Assembly: GCA_000004695.1 (NCBI GenBank)
Contig: CM000153.2
Location: 5,386,250 to 5,450,249, forward strand
Source: Dictyostelium discoideum
Taxonomy: Eukaryota
DNA: 64,000 nucleotides
Reading direction: 5' to 3'
The translations under genes and the position numbers were made by a program. The notes under the pieces are model-generated. The model made no database searches, was not told the DNA's origin, and saw nothing but the letters and a program-made list of their open reading frames with translations. This document shows, piece after piece, positions 58,448-64,000 of the stretch. The stretch's first letter is position 1, and each line of letters begins with the position of its first letter.

Positions 58448-59937
58448 TTATTCTTCATCATCTTCATCATCGACCTCTTCATCACTGACCTCTTCCTCAT
58501 CATCTTGATCATCGAACTCTTCTTCTTTGATACTATTTTCATTTTTACTAAATGTTTGAATTAAAAATACCTCGATTTGACCGATATTTATCTTGTTAAT
58601 CTCTTTAACCATTTTACTGTACTTTACTTTTTTAGCATGCTTTAATAAATTATTGAAAACTGGAAATTTATCTTTTAACAAATTCCAAATAAGATTCCAA
58701 TTATAGAGGAATGCTAATGGATCTCTCCCTGAGGATCTAATAACTTTAGCAATATATGAGAATTTCGTGAGAAGAAAAGTTTTAACGAGTGACTCTAACT
58801 CATCACTCTTGGATACACTAAATTTGGTATTCTCTTTGATGAGTGGTAAAATACGATCTGAAGCTGTGGATAAAGTACCAAGGTATTCTGATTTAACGCC
58901 TTTTTTAGTGGAAAAGGCCCAATCAATAAAGATTGGTTCATTGTTAAAAATGATAATGTTTGATGACCTTATATCTCTATGGATAATACCAATACGATGG
59001 AAACTTTTAATAATATTCAAAACCTAAAACAAGTAAAATGTTTATTATAAGTGGTGAGTAAATATAACAAGACAATTAAATAACAGGTTTACATATTATA
59101 ATTGGCACTTACTTTTATATAAACATCAATACCATGTTTCATATTAAGAACTACACCATAAGGTGAAATTTCTATATAATTTTCACCTTTATATTCATTT
59201 TTGAGATTAACTACACCATTGATATTTCGAGAATTTAAGTATTTAATTGCTTTAACCTCATTATTTTTATATTGATCAAGATATTGCTTGAAAACTCTTT
59301 TTGAATGTAATACAAATATGTAAGATGATGCCCCACCCCCAATATATTTAAAATCTATACTTTCATTAATTGATAAACTTTTTAATAATGAAGTTGGTAA
59401 TTAAATTAACATTATTGTTGTACATGTTAATTAATTTTTTCAATAATTTAAGACCTTCTTTAATTGGAATTGTATCAGAGATTTGAAATTCTGATGGTAC
59501 TAATATATATTTAATAAAAATCATTTCTTTTGGTGCTATAATAAAACAAAACATATAAGATTTTTTAAGATTATTTGTCAAATTATAGAAATTATTTGTC
59601 AAATTATAGAACCATCTAGAGTATATTGTTTTGTTCTGATAATTTTAGTGTCACCAACTATGTGAATATGATGTGGATCTAATGGACAACTTTTAGTCTT
59701 TACCACCCAATCTGAGCTTGTACCTAAAACGTTTTTTTTTGATGAATCATAAAGTTCTAATCTATTAGAATTGATACTTAATTCGTTTAAATCTTCTTGA
59801 AAATCCCTTTCAAGATCATATTCATTTTTTCCAATTTTTTCACAAAATTTATTTATATGATCATCTTCTTGAGTATAATCGCCTAAATTCCAATCTTCAA
59901 TATTAAAGCTATCAACAATCAAACCAGCTTCATTCAT
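58448..59937 (-). CDS. Divergent protein kinase-like gene (about 380 aa). The DFG is replaced by DWA, and there is an acidic D/E C-terminal tail. Proposed structure: complement(join(58448..59023,59113..59354,59613..59937))
   Basis: Exon B encodes the glycine loop DFKYIGGGASSYIFVLHSKRVFKQY and ...YGVVLNMKHGIDVYIK, ending |gtaagt. Exon C encodes VLNIIKSFHRIGIIHRDIRSSNIIIFNNEPIFIDWAFS (catalytic loop HRDxxxxN) and ends in DEEEVSDEEVDDEDDEE. The B-C junction (gtaagt..ttttag, phase 0) is well supported. The A-B junction uses a weak GTTCTA donor and a tatag acceptor, and is tentative. Exon A starts at a real ATG (MNEAGLIVDSF...). Confidence 0.5.
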
Positions 59938-60029
59938 TTTATTATAAAATTATGAATTAGTTAAAGAATCAATTTCACTCTATAGATATACATATATATA
60001 TAATGTTATTAATGTTAATATTAATCTTT

Positions 60030-60323
60030 TTATATATTGTGGTTGATTATAATACTTACATATGGATTTGGATTATTAAGATATTTAATTAAAACCTCAT
60101 TTTTATTTGCTCTTAATTTTTCTTCTTCTAAATTTTGATACTTTTCTTCTAAATTTTGATTCTTTTCTTCTAAATTTTGATTCTTTTCTTCTAAATTTTG
60201 ATTCTTTTCTTCTAAATTTTTAAATTTTTTTAAAATATCTTCTGCTGACAAAACACCAAGTTCCTGAAATAAATATACTAAACTTTCTTTCATTTTGTCT
60301 TCTTTATTTTCATTTTCTTTCAT
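60030..60323 (-). CDS. Hypothetical small coiled-coil protein (97 aa) with four tandem NLEEKNQ heptads
   Basis: ORF MKENENKEDKMKESLVYLFQELGVLSAEDILKKFKNLEEKNQNLEEKNQNLEEKNQNLEEKYQNLEEEKLRANK. It is encoded partly by a 21-bp tandem DNA repeat. It could be a spurious ORF over a minisatellite. Confidence 0.3.
   Translation of the reverse strand: MKENENKEDKMKESLVYLFQELGVLSAEDILKKFKNLEEKNQNLEEKNQNLEEKNQNLEEKYQNLEEEKLRANKNEVLIKYLNNPNPYVSIIINHNI
60105..60232. repeat. 21-bp tandem repeat (ttctaaattttgattcttttc), about 5 copies
   Basis: Directly visible periodicity. It underlies the NLEEKNQ heptads on the minus strand. Confidence 0.8.
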
Positions 60324-60487
60324 TTTTTTATCTTTTATATTTTTTTAACAAATATTTGTTTATTACTTGTAGTGACTGTGTCTTGCAAAAGAAAATTAAA
60401 AAAAAAAATTTTTTATCTTTTAAAAATTAAAATATTAAATTGTTGAAAATGCGCGCAATTTTTTTAATTATATCTGTAAATGGTATA

Positions 60488-60519
<32 letters not shown>

Positions 60520-60562
60520 TTTTTCCATTTTTTTAATTTTTTTTTTTTTTTTTTTTTTTTCA

Positions 60563-61794
60563 ACAGAATCAAGTGAATTTATAGTTCAACCAAAACTTTT
60601 TAATTATACAGATCCAATTGAACCAACTACAACACCAACTACTTCATCAACCACAACACCAATACCAACAGTTAGTTCAATACCAACAAACCCACCACAA
60701 AAATGTCAAGGTAATTCAGAATGTTGAGGTTCAAGCCAAGGTATTTGTAAAGATGGCGGATGTATTTGTTATTCACCATTTATTGGTTTAACTTGTACTT
60801 CTCAAATTCACCATCAACTGAAATTCCAATTCTATCACCTGATAGTAGTGGTGGTAGTAATAGTGGTGATGAAAATATATCAAAAATAATATTTAAATCA
60901 TTAATATCATTAGTATCGTTAAGAGAATTAAATTATAAAGGTGAACAAATTAAATTATATACTTTTGATAAATGGATATTTACACCACTTGATAATTATA
61001 AAAATTTATATGAAACATCAATTGATGTTAATAATACAATTACAAATATTAGTGCAACAATTGTTGAACCAGGTTTAATAAAAGTACTATTATAGTTGAA
61101 TTTGCAAATCAACAATTAATAATGAACCCATCAATTAAATATACAATTGAAATTAATAAATATCCAATTTCACAATCATTAAATACCAATCAATTTGTAA
61201 TGTCAGCATCATTTATTTCAAGTGAAACCAATGATGATATTTGTTGTTTGTCAAAAGAATTTGGTAATACAACAAGTAGTGGTGGTGGTGGTGGTGGTGG
61301 TGGTTGTGGTGGTGGTGGTTGTGGTGGTGGTGGTGGTGGTGGTGGTGGTGGTGGTGGTGGTGGTGGTGGTGGGTGATGATTCAAATTCAATATAAAGATT
61401 CAAGTTAATAATCATTCAGTCTATGGTAGATTTATTAAACGTGCAATTATAGATTCAAAAGTTCAATCAATTGAAAATATATTATTAGATTCAACAATGA
61501 AACCAATATCAAACCTTCATATTCAACTCAAAGTTTTATTGGTATCACAATTCCACAATATTCAAATAGTGTTATTATTGATCCAGACTTTTCAATCATT
61601 ATTAATCAAAGTAATTCTGAAATTTGTTCAAATAATTCATCTCCTACTAAAGGTCAACGATCGCTGGTATCGTCATTGGTAGTGTTGCTCTCTTAACAGT
61701 CATTATAGTTTGTATTATTTATTACTTTTATAAAAATAAAAAGAATAAAATGTTACAACAAACATTAAAAAGAAAATTAGAAAAAATTGGTTAA
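60563..61794 (+). pseudogene. Decayed, inverted partial duplicate of the 3' exon (C-terminal half) of the large glycoprotein gene at 36441..38734. It has frameshifts, an in-frame stop and a (GGT)n expansion
   Basis: Three ORF-track fragments in different frames align colinearly to the parent: STESSEFIVQPKLFNYTDPIEPTTTPT...NPPQKCQGNSEC* against MESNEFIVQPKLFFFNYTDPIEPTTTPT...NPPQKCQGNPECGG; STEIPILSPDSSGGSNSGDENISKIIFKSLISLVSLRELNYKGEQIKLYTFDKWIFTPL against STEIPIPSPDNSSDSDENISKIIFKSLISLVSLRELNYKGEQIKLYTFDKWIFTPL; MNPSIKYTIEINKYPISQSLNT.QFVMSASFIS against MNPSSIKYTIEINKYPFSQSLNTLQFVMSASLIS. The TM and tail (...YYFYKNKKNKMLQQTLKRKLEKIG*) are recognisable at the 3' end. Confidence 0.7.
61270..61376. 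repeat. (GGT)n trinucleotide expansion (~35 units), GC-rich, inside the pseudogene copy. Absent from the parent gene
   Basis: The run ggtggtggtggtggttgtggtggtggtggttgtggtggtggt... encodes poly-Gly (poly-Pro on the other strand). At the same position the parent has SGDDSNY. Confidence 0.85.
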
Positions 61795-62246
61795 AATAAA
61801 ATTTAAACTTTTTTAAAAAAAAAAAATTAAATTACAATCAATCATTATTATTATCACCATAAACCTCATAAACATAATTTTAAATCTCAAATATAAAAAG
61901 TAAAAATTTTCAATAATAAAAAACATTTTTTTTTTTTTTTAAAATTAAAATTAATTTAATATCTAAAAAATTTTTATATTTTGAAAATTCCAATTTAGGA
62001 ATTTTCAAACAAATCTTGAAAATCTGTTAAATAAATAATTGTTAATAGTATTATTAAAAGTAATGAGTTAATTAAAATAAGAAGTATTATTATAGTTAAT
62101 AAATAATTTTATTTGATAAAATTTAACATTTTATCACATTTATTTTTATTATTATTATTAAATATTTTGGTTATATTTATTATTTATTTATTTATTATTT
62201 ATTATTTTTTTTAATTATTATTTTTTTTTTATATTAATTTTGTTTT

Positions 62247-62702
62247 TTATGATTGTGTAATATTCATTTGGACATCAACACAAGTGATTTGCAGATCATC
62301 TTGATCATATAATACAAAATTAACATAGTAATAGCCTTGTGGAACATTTTCAGGTATTTCTTGATTAATAGTTGTTGTTGAATAATTACCTTGTGGAATT
62401 GGACAAGTAACACCCATACCATCACATAAATTACCTTTTAATTTTAAAATTGGTATTCTATCAAATGTAATTGCTAAATATGCTTCACCTTTTGTAATTT
62501 CTTTATTTAAATATCCTGATACTGAAATTATTAAATCTTGCCCTGCAATTGGTTGTTCTGGTGAAAATTCTAATTTTTCAATTTTAAATGAATCACTTGG
62601 ATCACTACAATCACTCCATTCTACTGATTCTATTGGTTTAACAACAATTAGTATTATAAAAAAAAATATTACATAAACTATTTGATTTTGGCTATATTTC
62701 AT
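62247..62702 (-). CDS. ML (MD-2-related lipid-recognition, NPC2/Der p 2-like) domain secreted protein, 151 aa
   Basis: Signal peptide MKYSQNQIVYVIFFFIILIVVKPIES. Conserved Cys pattern (C..C early, ..GNLCDGMGVTCPI.., late ITCVDV). Length and beta-sandwich-like alternation are typical of ML-domain proteins. Single exon. Confidence 0.65.
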   Translation of the reverse strand: MKYSQNQIVYVIFFFIILIVVKPIESVEWSDCSDPSDSFKIEKLEFSPEQPIAGQDLIISVSGYLNKEITKGEAYLAITFDRIPILKLKGNLCDGMGVTCPIPQGNYSTTTINQEIPENVPQGYYYVNFVLYDQDDLQITCVDVQMNITQS

Positions 62703-63069
62703 TTTCTTTTTTTTTTTTTTTTAAAAAATATGATGATAATAATAATAATATAATAATATAATAATAATATAAATGAATGCTGTCTGTAAATTTTTATATT
62801 GATTATAATAAAAAAAAACCCCTTTGGTGGTGATGTTTGAATTATTTTAAATTTTTTTTTTTTTATATTTTTTTTTATTCTATTAAATTTAAATTTATTA
62901 ACCCCAACCACCCTTTATTGTTTAAATAATTTAATAAAAATAATTCAATAATGAAAATCAAATTAATTTTTTTTTAAATAATAATGAAAATATTTTAAAA
63001 ATAAAAAAACCCAACAATTCAAATGATCATTTTTTCATTTTGTAATAAAAATAAAATATATAAATAAAA

Positions 63070-63391
63070 TTAATAGAATAGAATTAGATGAATTTCCTTA
63101 TAAAATTTCAAACAAAAATGGTAATAAAAAATCAATAACATGTCCGATTGAACTATTAGATTTTATTTTTAAATATGGTCCCCAATTTAATAAAGAATAT
63201 TCTGAAAATTTTAAAAAAGAAATTCAAAGTTCAGTTACAAATTTAGCATTATCATTTTTACTTTCAAATAAAAGATTTAAATCATACCAAATTGAAGCAA
63301 ATAATAATAACTTTAAAGATACATTTGATTATATATTTTACAAAATCAAAGAGTTAAATGGTAAATATTTTGATACAAATATTTTTTTTGA
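63070..63391 (+). other. Protein-like open frame without a start codon (possible internal exon of a gene continuing past the window end, or a pseudo-exon)
   Basis: Stop-free non-repetitive frame IELDEFPYKISNKNGNKKSITCPIELLDFIFKYGPQFNKEYSENFKKEIQSSVTNLALSFLLSNKRFKSYQIEANNNNFKDTFDYIFYKIKELNG, followed by a good donor AAT G|gtaaat. I found no in-phase acceptor/ATG partner upstream, so it is not in the ORF track. Confidence 0.25.
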
Positions 63392-63798
63392 GCAATTAAT
63401 AAATTTTGGTCACTTCTTTTTTCCTTTTACAAATTTCTTTTTTTGTTTGAATTTTTTACTTTTTAATTTTTTTTTTTTTTTTTTTTTTATTTTTTTTTTT
63501 ATTTTTTTTTTTCAAATAATTCCGATCAGCACAAAAATCAGATATTTTTTGAAAAAAAAAAATGAAAGTTTAAGAGTTTCGGGAGTCTGAAAATGTGATT
63601 GCTCAAAAAAAAAAAATCAAACATTTAACATTTTATTAATTAATTAATTTTTTATTTTTTTATTTGTTTGTTTGTTTATTTCCTTATTTATTTCTTTCTT
63701 TGTATTTAATTTAATATAAATTTTTTTTTTTATTTTTTTTATAATTTAATTTAATTTATTTTATTTATCTTGTATTCTTGGGTCCAATAATATCTTCC

Positions 63799-63834
<36 letters not shown>

Positions 63835-64000
63835 GAAAGATGATTGATATTTTTTATTATATTTTTTATTAAATTTTTTTATTATTTCTTTATTTTACTT
63901 TTTTTTTGAGAGATGATATTTTAATAAGAAAGAGATTTTATTAGAATTTCTTGGTTGATTTAATTTATTGGTTTAATGAAATTGTAAAATCAAAAAAAAA

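Overview
This is AT-rich (about 78% A+T) nuclear DNA from a eukaryote, most likely a dictyostelid social amoeba such as Dictyostelium discoideum. Long poly(dA)/(dT) tracts precede the ATGs. The introns are short, with GTAAGT/GTATGT donors and TAG/AAG acceptors. The coding regions carry (AAT)n, (CAA)n and (ACA/ACT)n runs encoding poly-Asn, poly-Gln and poly-Thr. tRNA genes carry downstream ex-B boxes.

I can support about 25 protein-coding genes, most with one to five short introns that I reconstructed by hand from splice signals and reading-frame continuity.

Conserved housekeeping genes: cap-binding protein CBP20, SUMO E2 Ubc9, prenylcysteine oxidase, transcription elongation factor ELOF1, TRAPPC11, cysteinyl-tRNA synthetase, profilin, spastin, an SHPRH-like SNF2/RING/PHD helicase, an SDR oxidoreductase, and a HAD hydrolase.

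Accessory content: a Schlafen-type AlbA_2 domain protein with a putative dsRBD-like N-terminus; a 1.6 kaa protein with an atypical kinase-like region, LRRs and a Ras-like GTPase; a short divergent kinase; and several large Thr/Pro-rich EGF-bearing surface glycoproteins. One of the glycoproteins has six exons, and another has an inverted, decayed partial copy carrying a (GGT)n expansion. There is also an ML-domain lipid-binding protein with a separate 94-bp fragment copy.

Two identical tandem tRNA-Leu(AAG) genes each have an ex-B box and flank a less AT-rich block that looks like a retroelement remnant.

There is no CRISPR array and nothing prokaryotic. Exon coordinates are hand-derived and may be off by a nucleotide in places. 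Homology calls come from recognisable motifs, not from searches.
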